Sequence record: OQ378934.1
Reading direction: 5' to 3' (one strand)
Length of the DNA: 64,000 nt
From: Escherichia phage LH2
Below, piece after piece: positions 20,050 through 29,388 of this stretch. How positions within the stretch are numbered: the stretch's first letter is position 1; every line of letters starts with the position of its first letter. Under the pieces are notes generated by a model. It was not told the DNA's origin and ran no database searches. It was given only the letters and a program-made list of their open reading frames with translations. The translations under genes were made by a program, and so were the position numbers.

Positions 20050-20319
20050 ATGGCTAAAAAAGAAATGGTTGAATTTGATGAAGCTATCCATGGCGAAGAC
20101 TTAGCTAAATTTATTAAAGAAGCATCTGATCATAAACTGAAAATTTCCGGTTATAATGAACTGATTAAAGATATTCGAATTCGTGCTAAAGATGAACTTG
20201 GTGTTGATGGTAAGATGTTTAATCGTCTATTAGCTTTGTATCATAAAGATAACCGTGATGTGTTTGAAGCTGAAACTGAAGAGGTAGTTGAACTTTATGA
20301 CACAGTTTTCTCTAAATGA
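20050..20319 (+). CDS. dsbA: dsDNA-binding protein DsbA (late transcription enhancer)
   Basis: 89-aa ORF (T4 DsbA is 89 aa) between rnh and gene 33. Confidence 0.8.
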   Translation: MAKKEMVEFDEAIHGEDLAKFIKEASDHKLKISGYNELIKDIRIRAKDELGVDGKMFNRLLALYHKDNRDVFEAETEEVVELYDTVFSK

Positions 20320-20635
20320 TATTCGTCCGGTCGATGAGACCGGTCTTTCAGAAAAAGAACTTTCAATTAAGAAAGAAAAGGATGAAATAGCAAAGCTTCT
20401 TGATCGTCAAGAAAATGGATTTATTATTGAAAAAATGGTAGAAGAGTTTGGAATGAGTTATCTTGAAGCTACGACAGCATTCTTGGAAGAAAACTCTATT
20501 CCTGAAACTCAATTTGCTAAATTTATTCCTTCGGGTATAATTGAAAAAATTCAGTCAGAAGCTATCGACGAAAATCTTTTACGTCCTTCTGTTGTTCGTT
20601 GTGAAAAAACTAATACATTAGATTTTCTACTATGA
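20297..20635 (+). CDS. 33: late transcription co-activator gp33
   Basis: 112-aa product from the MTQFSLNDIRPVDETGLSEKELSIKKEKDEIAKLL start (T4 gp33 is 112 aa). Confidence 0.85.
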   Translation: MTQFSLNDIRPVDETGLSEKELSIKKEKDEIAKLLDRQENGFIIEKMVEEFGMSYLEATTAFLEENSIPETQFAKFIPSGIIEKIQSEAIDENLLRPSVVRCEKTNTLDFLL

Positions 20636-21285
20636 TTAAACTCCGCATGCCTGCTGGTGGTGAAAGATATATTGATGGTAAATCAGTTTATAAATTATAC
20701 TTAATGATAAAACAACATATGAATGGAAAGTATGATGTAATTAAGTATAATTGGTGCATGCGGGTGTCTGATGCCGCTTATCAAAAGCGAAGGGATAAGT
20801 ATTTTTTCCAGAAGTTATCAGAAAAATATAAATTAAAGGAACTTGCTTTAATCTTTATAAGTAATTTGGTTGCTAACCAAGATGCTTGGATTGGTGACAT
20901 CTCTGACGCTGATGCACTTGTGTTTTATCGTGAATATATCGGACGCTTAAAGCAAATTAAATTTAAGTTTGAAGAAGATATTCGCAATATTTACTATTTT
21001 AGTAAAAAAGTTGAAGTTTCTGCTTTTAAAGAAATCTTTGAATATAATCCAAAGGTTCAGTCAAGTTATATTTTTAAACTACTTCAATCGAATATAATTT
21101 CGTTTGAGACGTTTATCTTGCTTGATTCGTTTTTAAATATAATTGATAAACATGATGAACAGACTGATAATTTAGTCTGGAATAATTATTCTATAAAGTT
21201 AAAGGCTTATAGAAAAATTTTAAATATTGATTCACAGAAAGCTAAAAATGTTTTCATTGAAACTGTGAAATCTTGTAAGTATTAA
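20632..21285 (+). CDS. 59: helicase loader gp59
   Basis: 217-aa ORF (T4 gp59 is 217 aa) immediately upstream of gene 32. Confidence 0.85.
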   Translation: MIKLRMPAGGERYIDGKSVYKLYLMIKQHMNGKYDVIKYNWCMRVSDAAYQKRRDKYFFQKLSEKYKLKELALIFISNLVANQDAWIGDISDADALVFYREYIGRLKQIKFKFEEDIRNIYYFSKKVEVSAFKEIFEYNPKVQSSYIFKLLQSNIISFETFILLDSFLNIIDKHDEQTDNLVWNNYSIKLKAYRKILNIDSQKAKNVFIETVKSCKY

Positions 21286-21293
21286 TTGCTTAT

Positions 21294-21301
21294 TATAAAT
21301 A
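21294..21301 (+). promoter_or_regulatory. late promoter TATAAATA in the gene 32 leader
   Basis: Exact TATAAATA on the + strand about 85 nt upstream of the gene 32 start. Confidence 0.5.
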
Positions 21302-21339
21302 GATTATAATTATCTCACTGACCAGCTATGAGGTCATAC

Positions 21340-21384
21340 ATCGTCATAGCACCAACTGTTAATTAAATTAAAAAGGAAATAAAA
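21340..21384 (+). promoter_or_regulatory. gene 32 translational operator region (A/U-rich unstructured leader)
   Basis: Leader ...gttaattaaattaaaaaggaaataaaaATG is extremely A/T-rich with repeated TTAAA elements, as in the T4 gp32 autoregulatory operator. Confidence 0.5.
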
Positions 21385-22290
21385 ATGTTTAAACGTAAAT
21401 CTACTGCTGAACTCGCTGCGCAAATGGCTAAACTGAATGGCAATAAAGGTTTTTCTTCTGAAGATAAAGGCGAGTGGAAACTGAAACTCGATAATGCGGG
21501 TAACGGTCAAGCAGTAATTCGTTTTCTTCCGTCTAAAAATGATGAACAAGCACCATTCGCAATTCTTGTAAATCACGGTTTCAAGAAAAATGGTAAATGG
21601 TATATTGAAACATGTTCATCTACCCACGGTGATTACGATTCTTGCCCAGTATGTCAGTACATCAGTAAAAATGATTTGTACAACACTGACAATAAAGAGT
21701 ACGGTCTTGTTAAACGTAAAACTTCTTACTGGGCTAACATTCTTGTAGTAAAAGACCCAGCTGCTCCAGAAAATGAAGGTAAAGTATTTAAATACCGTTT
21801 CGGTAAGAAAATCTGGGATAAAATCAACGCGATGATTGCGGTTGATGTTGAAATGGGTGAAACTCCGGTTGATGTAACTTGTCCGTGGGAAGGTGCTAAC
21901 TTTGTACTGAAAGTTAAACAGGTTTCTGGATTTAGTAACTACGATGAATCTAAATTCCTGAATCAATCTGCGATTCCAAACATTGACGATAAATCTTTCC
22001 AGAAAGAACTGTTCGAACAAATGGTTGACCTTTCTGAAATGACTTCTAAAGATAAATTCAAATCATTTGAAGAACTGAGCACTAAATTCGGTCAAGTCAT
22101 GGGAACTGCTGTGATGGGCGGTGCCGCTGCAACTGCTGCTAAGAAAGCTGATAAAGTTGCTGATGATTTGGATGCATTCAATGTTGATGACTTCAAAACA
22201 AAAACTGAAGATGATTTTATGAGCTCAAGCTCTGGCAGTTCATCTAGTGCTGATGACACGGACCTGGATGACCTTTTGAATGACCTTTAA
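21385..22290 (+). CDS. 32: single-stranded DNA-binding protein gp32
   Basis: 301-aa ORF matching T4 gp32 in length and sequence ([51 protein letters not shown]…; acidic C-terminal tail). Confidence 0.97.
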
Positions 22291-22312
22291 TAGATTATAT
22301 TACTAATTAATC

Positions 22313-22339
22313 GGGGACCTCTAGGGTCCCCTTTTTTTA
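22313..22339 (+). terminator. rho-independent terminator (ggggacctctagggtcccc plus T7)
   Basis: GC-rich hairpin followed by TTTTTTT directly after the gene 32 stop. Confidence 0.8.
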
Positions 22340-22400
22340 TTTCAAAAATTTTTTCACAAAACTGTTTACATCCTTGTCCTTCCGTGGTACTATACAACTA
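22340..22400 (+). promoter_or_regulatory. T4-type early promoter (GTTTAC 22364-22369, TACTAT -10 at 22388-22393)
   Basis: atttcaaaaattttttcacaaaactGTTTACatcc...cgtggTACTATacaactatc. Confidence 0.75.
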
Positions 22401-22436
22401 TCGGCAATACTGCTGATAGTTAAAGAGGAAAATAAT

Positions 22437-22664
22437 ATGGCTAAAGTTGATATTGACATCGTTGATTTTGAATATATTGAAGAAATTATTCGTAATCGTT
22501 ATCCTGAACTTAGTATCACAAGCGTGCAAGATTCTAAGTTTTGGAGTATTCAAATCGTTATTGAAGGTCCTCTTGAAGACCTCACCCGTTTTATGGCTAA
22601 TGAATATTGTGATGGCATGGATTCTGAAGACGCAGAATTTTACATGGGACTGATTGAACAATAA
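22437..22664 (+). CDS. hypothetical protein (75 aa, frd.3-like position)
   Basis: ATG at 22437 with gagga RBS downstream of the early promoter; the listed longer ORF start at 22374 would overlap the promoter. Confidence 0.5.
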   Translation: MAKVDIDIVDFEYIEEIIRNRYPELSITSVQDSKFWSIQIVIEGPLEDLTRFMANEYCDGMDSEDAEFYMGLIEQ

Positions 22665-22694
22665 TTATCAAGGGGCTATTACAGTCCCGTTAAA

Positions 22695-23096
22695 ATGAGG
22701 AAAATCAAAATGGAAATCGGCAAAAAATATGAGTTAAATCCACACCGTATTAAATCTTTCATTGATATTAGTTCATCAAATGCTAATATGGTCAGCATCA
22801 TTCAAGAAAATGGCGGTTGGTTTGAAGTTAAATCAATATCAAGTTTAGATGGCTTTGATTATGTAACTGAAATCATTTGTGCTAATGGCGAAATCTATTA
22901 TAATGATGGCATAGGTGATGATTATTTTGAACTTAGTGAAGAAGAGTTTTATTGTTTCCGCGAGTATAAAGAACCGACTTCTGAAGAAGATGAAGTCGAA
23001 GACAAGATTTCTGGCGTAACAAAAATTCACTGCATTGTAGACGAAAACAATGTAGATGAAATCATTGAACTTTTGCGAAAAACTTTCAAAAAGTAG
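22695..23096 (+). CDS. hypothetical acidic protein (133 aa)
   Basis: ORF in the 32-frd interval. Confidence 0.5.
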   Translation: MRKIKMEIGKKYELNPHRIKSFIDISSSNANMVSIIQENGGWFEVKSISSLDGFDYVTEIICANGEIYYNDGIGDDYFELSEEEFYCFREYKEPTSEEDEVEDKISGVTKIHCIVDENNVDEIIELLRKTFKK

Positions 23097-23132
23097 TTTA
23101 CAGCAGGGTAGTAGTGTGATACTATTACCCTA
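23075..23132 (+). promoter_or_regulatory. T4-type early promoter (GTTTAC 23096-23101, TACTAT -10 at 23120-23125)
   Basis: agtaGTTTACagcagggtagtagtgtgaTACTATtaccctatcaactaaggag. Confidence 0.6.
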
Positions 23133-23150
23133 TCAACTAAGGAGAATAAA

Positions 23151-23393
23151 ATGAGATTACAACGTCAGAGCATTAAAGATTCAGAAGTTAGAGGTAAATG
23201 GTATTTTAATATCATCGGTAAAGATTCTGAACTTGTTGAAAAAGCTGAACGTCTTTTGCGTGATATGGGATGGGAAGATGAATGCGATGGATGCCCTCTT
23301 TATGAGGATGGAGAAAGCGCAGGATTCTGGATTTACCATTCTGACGTTGAACAGTTTAAAGCTGATTGGAAAATTGTGAAAAAGTCTGTTTGA
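23151..23393 (+). CDS. hypothetical protein (80 aa)
   Basis: ORF with aggag RBS in the 32-frd interval. Confidence 0.5.
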   Translation: MRLQRQSIKDSEVRGKWYFNIIGKDSELVEKAERLLRDMGWEDECDGCPLYEDGESAGFWIYHSDVEQFKADWKIVKKSV

Positions 23394-24186
<793 letters not shown>

Positions 24187-24187
<1 letters not shown>

Positions 24188-24738
24188 TGAAACAATACCA
24201 ATTTTTAATTAAAGATATCCTGGAAAACGGTTATGAAACCGATGACCGAACAGGCACAGGAACAATTGCTTTGTTCGGTACTAAATTACGCTGGGATTTA
24301 ACTAAAGGTTTTCCTGCAGTAACGACTAAGAAGCTTGCCTGGAAAGCTTGCATTGCTGAGCTCCTTTGGTTTTTATCAGGAAGCACAAATGTTAATGATT
24401 TACGATTAATTCAACACGATTCATTAATTCAAGGCAAAACAGTCTGGGATGAAAATTACGAAAATCAAGCAAAAGATTTAGGATATCATAGCGGTGAACT
24501 TGGTCCAATTTATGGAAAACAGTGGCGTGATTTTGGCGGTGTAGACCAAATTGTAGAAGTTGTTGATCGTATTAAAAAACTGCCAAATGATAGACGTCAA
24601 ATTGTTTCAGCATGGAATCCGGCAGAACTCAAGCAGATGGCATTGCCACCTTGTCATATGTTCTATCAGTTTAATGTGCGTAATGGCTATTTGGATTTGC
24701 AGTGGTATCAACGATCAGTAGATGTTTTCTTGGGTTAA
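24187..24738 (+). CDS. td: thymidylate synthase, exon 1
   Basis: MKQYQFLIKDILENGYETDDRTGTGTIALFG… through …QRSVDVFLG, ending at the canonical td intron 5' splice site (exon ends ...TTGGGT); the listed ORF begins 12 nt upstream at a TTG. Confidence 0.95.
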
Positions 24739-25751
24739 TTTAGGCCTGAGTATAAGGTGACTTATACTTGTAATCTATCTAAACGGGGAACCTCTCTAGT
24801 AGACAATCCCGTGCTAAATTGTAGGACTACCCTTTAATAAATACTTCTATATTTAAAGAGGTATTTATGAAAAGTGGAATTTATCAGATTAAAAATACTT
24901 TAAACAATAAAGTATATGTAGGAAGTGCTAAAGATTTTGAAAAGAGATGGAAGAGGCATTTTAAAGACTTAGAAAAAGGATGCCATTCTTCTATAAAACT
25001 TCAAAGGTCTTTTAACAAACACGGTAATGTGTTTGAATGCTCTATTTTGGAAGAAATTCCATATGAGAAAGATTTGATTATTGAACGAGAAAATTTTTGG
25101 ATTAAAGAGCTTAATTCTAAAATTAATGGATACAATATTGCTGATGCAACGTTTGGTGATACATATTCTGTACATCCATTAAAAGAAGAAATTATTAAGA
25201 AACGCTCTGAAACTGTTAAAGTTAAGATGCTTAAGCTTGGCTCTGATGGTCGGAAAGCTCTTTACGGTAAACCCGGAAGCAAAAATGGGCGTTGGAATCC
25301 AGAAACCCATAAGTTTTGTGAATGTGGGGTTCGTATACAAACTTCTGCTTATACTTGTAGTAAATGCAGAAATCGTTCAGGTGAAAATAATTCATTCTTT
25401 AATCATAAGCATTCAGACAAAACTAAATCTAAAATATCAGAAAAAATGAAAGGTAAAAAGCCTAATAATATTAAAAAGATTTCATGTGATGGGATTATTT
25501 TTGAATGTGCAGCTGATGCAGCTAGATATTTTGAAATTTCATCCGGATTAGTTACTTACCGTGTAAAATCTGATAAGTGGAATTGGTTCTACATAAATGC
25601 CTAACGACTATCCCTTTAGGGAGTAGGGTCAAGTGACTCGAAACGATAGACAACTTGCTTTAGCAAGTTGGAGATATAGTCTGCTCTGCATGGTGACATG
25701 CAGCTGGATATAATTCCGGGATAAGATTAACGACCTTATCTGAACATAATG
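24739..25751 (+). mobile_element. td group I self-splicing intron (1013 nt) carrying the I-TevI gene
   Basis: Intron 5' sequence taatttaggcctgagtataaggtgacttatacttgtaatctatctaaacgggg and 3' end ...ctgaacataatG match the T4 td intron; the exon 1 and exon 2 reading frames join across it. Confidence 0.9.
24867..25604 (+). CDS. intron-encoded GIY-YIG homing endonuclease I-TevI
   Basis: 245-aa [38 protein letters not shown]… with GIY-YIG catalytic domain, zinc finger and C-terminal HTH; length and sequence match I-TevI. Confidence 0.95.
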   Translation: MKSGIYQIKNTLNNKVYVGSAKDFEKRWKRHFKDLEKGCHSSIKLQRSFNKHGNVFECSILEEIPYEKDLIIERENFWIKELNSKINGYNIADATFGDTYSVHPLKEEIIKKRSETVKVKMLKLGSDGRKALYGKPGSKNGRWNPETHKFCECGVRIQTSAYTCSKCRNRSGENNSFFNHKHSDKTKSKISEKMKGKKPNNIKKISCDGIIFECAADAARYFEISSGLVTYRVKSDKWNWFYINA

Positions 25752-26063
25752 CTTCCATTCAACATTGCCTCGTACGCTGCCTTGACGCATATTGTAGCTA
25801 AGATGTGTAATCTTATTCCAGGAGATTTGATATTTTCTGGTGGTAATACTCATATCTATATGAATCACGTAGAACAATGTAAAGAAATTTTACGTCGTGA
25901 ACCTATGGATTTATGTGAATTACAATTAAAATTTCCAGATGAATTTGATGAATGGGGCACAGAATCTCAGGTATTTTGGTTGAGTCAATTCGCAAAGCCA
26001 CATAATTTTGTTCTTAACAACTATGTATCTCATCCGCCAATTAAAGGAAAGATGGCGGTGTAA
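25752..26063 (+). CDS. td: thymidylate synthase, exon 2
   Basis: Continues LPFNIASYAALTHIVAKMCNLIPGDLIFSGGNTHIYMNHVEQ… to …VSHPPIKGKMAV; in frame with exon 1 after intron removal (287 aa total). Confidence 0.9.
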   Translation, partial: LPFNIASYAALTHIVAKMCNLIPGDLIFSGGNTHIYMNHVEQCKEILRREPMDLCELQLKFPDEFDEWGTESQVFWLSQFAKPHNFVLNNYVSHPPIKGKMAV

Positions 26064-26074
26064 TTTTAATTTAA

Positions 26075-26332
26075 TTGAGAGGATATATGATTTTACGATT
26101 TAAGGATACTTCTGGTGTCGTTCTTTTTACACTTCCTAATCCAAGTGAACTGGAAGTTCCAGGGCCAGAACAGCCTATTATCATTTATGGCAAAAAATAT
26201 TATACTCATAAAATGACTCGTGAGTATTTTGATAATAAAATTTCTACAGTTAAAACTTCTTCTGATTGTTATTATGATATTACTGTTTTAACGGAAAAAC
26301 AATATGACGAATGCAGAACTTTAGCAGTATAA
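26075..26332 (+). CDS. hypothetical protein (85 aa)
   Basis: ORF with gagagga RBS between td and nrdA; its last 12 nt overlap the convergent GIY-YIG gene. Confidence 0.5.
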   Translation: MRGYMILRFKDTSGVVLFTLPNPSELEVPGPEQPIIIYGKKYYTHKMTREYFDNKISTVKTSSDCYYDITVLTEKQYDECRTLAV

Positions 26333-27052
26333 ATATGATTCCCAGCAATCTAGAGCGCATCTTTTAGATATAAGTTTTCTGCTTATTCCGGTTTGACGCA
26401 CAGCTTCTGCTATTGTTGGATATTCTACCCCATCTATACTTACTCTTAGATGGGGTTTCTTTTTACCTCTTTGCGAGTCAGAAATTCGTTTTCTAACTTC
26501 ATTGGTATGTGTCTGTCCATAATATGGGTTATTGATGCCTTTCATATTAAGTGCAGCGTTTCTTTCTTGGAACTTTTTGCTTATTTCTATAGCACGATCT
26601 AACCCATAGTGTTCTTCTATAGTTTTACCTTTGATATCTCTAGGTCTACCATGTTTTTGCTTAAGTTCTTCTGGTGATAATTTTGAATTATTATTTTTAA
26701 TTGCATTTGAAATTTTATTAAGGATTTCTTTCTTTCTTGGGTGATGAGATAAGGTATCCCCAAACGATGCGTCTGCTATATTATACCCATTTTCCTTTGA
26801 GTCATATTCATGCATCCAATAATTTTCACGTTCAATAATGATAGATTTTTCGTATGGAAGTTCTTCTATGATTTTACATACGAAAGCATCTTTCCCATGC
26901 TTATTATAAGAACGCTGCAGCTTTATTGAATGATGATTTCCATTATCTAAATCTTTAAAGTGTCGTTTCCATCGTTCTTCAAAATTAATTGCACTTCCTA
27001 TATAGTGCTTATTGGTTTTAGTGTTTATAATAGCATATATTCCAGATTTCAT
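26321..27052 (-). CDS. free-standing GIY-YIG homing endonuclease (I-TevI-like, seg-type)
   Basis: 243-aa [38 protein letters not shown]… whose N-terminal ~95 aa closely parallel I-TevI; C-terminus has NUMOD3-like ([20 protein letters not shown]) and NUMOD1-like HTH ([24 protein letters not shown]) motifs. Confidence 0.85.
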   Translation of the reverse strand: MKSGIYAIINTKTNKHYIGSAINFEERWKRHFKDLDNGNHHSIKLQRSYNKHGKDAFVCKIIEELPYEKSIIIERENYWMHEYDSKENGYNIADASFGDTLSHHPRKKEILNKISNAIKNNNSKLSPEELKQKHGRPRDIKGKTIEEHYGLDRAIEISKKFQERNAALNMKGINNPYYGQTHTNEVRKRISDSQRGKKKPHLRVSIDGVEYPTIAEAVRQTGISRKLISKRCALDCWESYLYC

Positions 27053-27074
27053 TATATTCTCCTATATAAAATTA

Positions 27075-27082
27075 TATTTATA
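27075..27082 (-). promoter_or_regulatory. late promoter TATAAATA upstream of the free-standing GIY-YIG gene
   Basis: Plus-strand tatttata is TATAAATA on the - strand, about 23 nt upstream of the endonuclease start codon. Confidence 0.55.
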
Positions 27083-27107
27083 TGGGGTAACTTACTATAG
27101 AGGACTT

Positions 27108-29372
27108 ATGCAATTAATTAATGTTATCAAAAGTAGTGGTGTTTCTCAGAGCTTTGATCCACAAAAAATTATTAAAGTTTTATCTTGGGCAGCTGAAGGA
27201 ACATCTGTAGATCCTTATGAATTATATGAAAATATTAAATCATATCTCCGTGATGGAATGACCACTGATGACATTCAAACCATTGTAATTAAGGCTGCTG
27301 CGAATTCTATTTCAGTTGAAGAGCCTGATTATCAATACGTAGCTGCACGCTGTTTAATGTTTGCTCTTCGTAAGCATGTTTACGGGCAATATGAACCACG
27401 TTCATTTATTGACCATATTTCTTACTGCGTAAATGAAGGTAAATACGACCCTGAATTGTTGTCAAAATATTCTGCAGAAGAAATTACATTTTTAGAATCA
27501 AAAATTAAGCACGAGCGGGATATGGAATTTACTTATTCCGGGGCGATGCAATTAAAAGAAAAATATCTCGTTAAAGATAAAACCACTGGTCAAATTTATG
27601 AAACTCCACAGTTTGCATTTATGACTATTGGAATGGCATTGCATCAAGATGAACCTGTTGATAGACTAAAACACGTTATTCGTTTTTATGAAGCAGTATC
27701 TACTCGACAGATTTCATTACCAACTCCTATTATGGCTGGTTGCCGTACTCCAACTCGGCAGTTTAGTTCATGCGTTGTTATCGAGGCGGGTGATTCGCTG
27801 AAGTCTATCAACAAGGCTTCCGCTTCAATTGTTGAATATATCTCCAAACGCGCTGGAATTGGTATTAACGTTGGTATGATTCGTGCTGAAGGTTCTAAGA
27901 TTGGCACAGGTGAAGTACGTCATACTGGTGTTATTCCTTTTTGGAAACATTTTCAGACTGCTGTTAAATCATGCTCACAGGGTGGAATTCGTGGCGGCGC
28001 TGCTACTGCTTATTATCCTATTTGGCATTTGGAAGTTGAAAATCTTCTCGTTTTGAAAAATAACAAAGGTGTAGAAGAAAACCGTATCCGTCATATGGAT
28101 TATGGTGTTCAGCTGAATGACCTAATGATGGAACGATTCGGAAAGAACGATTACATTACTTTGTTTAGTCCGCATGAAATGGGTGGCGAGCTTTATTATT
28201 CTTATTTTAAAGACCAAGACCGTTTCCGCGAATTATACGAAGCAGCAGAAAAAGACCCTAATATTCGCAAAAAGCGTATTAAAGCCCGTGAACTATTTGA
28301 ATTACTCATGACTGAACGATCAGGAACAGCAAGGATTTATGTACAGTTCATTGATAATACGAATAACTATACTCCATTTATTCGTGAAAAGGCACCTATT
28401 CGTCAGAGTAACTTGTGTTGTGAAATTGCTATTCCAACAAATGATGTGAATAGTCCTGATGCTGAAATCGGATTGTGTACCCTTAGCGCATTTGTGTTGG
28501 ATAACTTCGATTGGCAAGACCAAGATAAAATTAATGAATTGGCAGAAGTCCAAGTTCGCGCTCTTGATAATCTTTTGGATTACCAAGGATATCCAGTTCC
28601 TGAAGCAGAAAAAGCTAAAAAGCGTCGAAATCTTGGTGTAGGTGTTACTAACTATGCAGCTTGGCTGGCAAGCAACTTTGCTTCTTATGAAGATGCTAAC
28701 GATTTAACACATGAACTATTTGAGAGACTACAGTATGGACTCATTAAAGCATCCATTAAGCTCGCCAAAGAAAAAGGACCTTGCGAATATTATTCAGACA
28801 CTCGTTGGTCTCGAGGCGAATTACCTATCGACTGGTACAATAAAAAGATTGACCAAATCGCAGCTCCAAAATACGTTTGTGACTGGTCGGCGCTGCGGGA
28901 AGACCTTAAGCTCTTTGGCATCCGTAATAGCACATTATCAGCACTTATGCCATGTGAGTCATCTTCCCAAGTTTCTAACAGTACAAACGGTATCGAGCCT
29001 CCACGTGGACCAGTCTCTGTTAAAGAGTCAAAAGAGGGTTCCTTTAATCAAGTCGTGCCCAATATTGAACATAACATAGACCTCTATGATTATACGTGGA
29101 AATTAGCTAAGAAAGGTAATAAACCTTATCTTACGCAGGTAGCTATTATGCTGAAATGGGTATGTCAATCAGCTTCAGCGAATACATATTATGACCCGCA
29201 GATTTTTCCAAAAGGAAAGGTTCCAATGTCTGTAATGATTGATGACATGCTATACGGATGGTATTATGGCATTAAAAACTTCTATTATCATAATACCCGC
29301 GATGGTTCTGGTACTGATGATTATGAAATAGAAACTCCAAAAGCTGAAGATTGTTCATCCTGTAAATTATGA
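27108..29372 (+). CDS. nrdA: aerobic ribonucleotide reductase large subunit NrdA
   Basis: 754-aa product from the MQLINVIKSSGVSQSFDPQKI start (T4 NrdA is 754 aa); ATP-cone N-terminus and class I RNR motifs. Confidence 0.95.
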   Translation: MQLINVIKSSGVSQSFDPQKIIKVLSWAAEGTSVDPYELYENIKSYLRDGMTTDDIQTIVIKAAANSISVEEPDYQYVAARCLMFALRKHVYGQYEPRSFIDHISYCVNEGKYDPELLSKYSAEEITFLESKIKHERDMEFTYSGAMQLKEKYLVKDKTTGQIYETPQFAFMTIGMALHQDEPVDRLKHVIRFYEAVSTRQISLPTPIMAGCRTPTRQFSSCVVIEAGDSLKSINKASASIVEYISKRAGIGINVGMIRAEGSKIGTGEVRHTGVIPFWKHFQTAVKSCSQGGIRGGAATAYYPIWHLEVENLLVLKNNKGVEENRIRHMDYGVQLNDLMMERFGKNDYITLFSPHEMGGELYYSYFKDQDRFRELYEAAEKDPNIRKKRIKARELFELLMTERSGTARIYVQFIDNTNNYTPFIREKAPIRQSNLCCEIAIPTNDVNSPDAEIGLCTLSAFVLDNFDWQDQDKINELAEVQVRALDNLLDYQGYPVPEAEKAKKRRNLGVGVTNYAAWLASNFASYEDANDLTHELFERLQYGLIKASIKLAKEKGPCEYYSDTRWSRGELPIDWYNKKIDQIAAPKYVCDWSALREDLKLFGIRNSTLSALMPCESSSQVSNSTNGIEPPRGPVSVKESKEGSFNQVVPNIEHNIDLYDYTWKLAKKGNKPYLTQVAIMLKWVCQSASANTYYDPQIFPKGKVPMSVMIDDMLYGWYYGIKNFYYHNTRDGSGTDDYEIETPKAEDCSSCKL

Positions 29373-29388
29373 TATAATTACCACAAGG

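Noticed and set aside
21616-22020. 134-aa - strand ORF inside gene 32
   Set aside because: Antisense to gene 32, whose identity is unambiguous.
27012-27107. N-terminal extension of nrdA from the upstream ATG (MVLVFIIAY…)
   Set aside because: The extension overlaps the divergent endonuclease gene and its promoter; the T4-conserved NrdA start MQLINVIK at 27108 gives the expected 754 aa.
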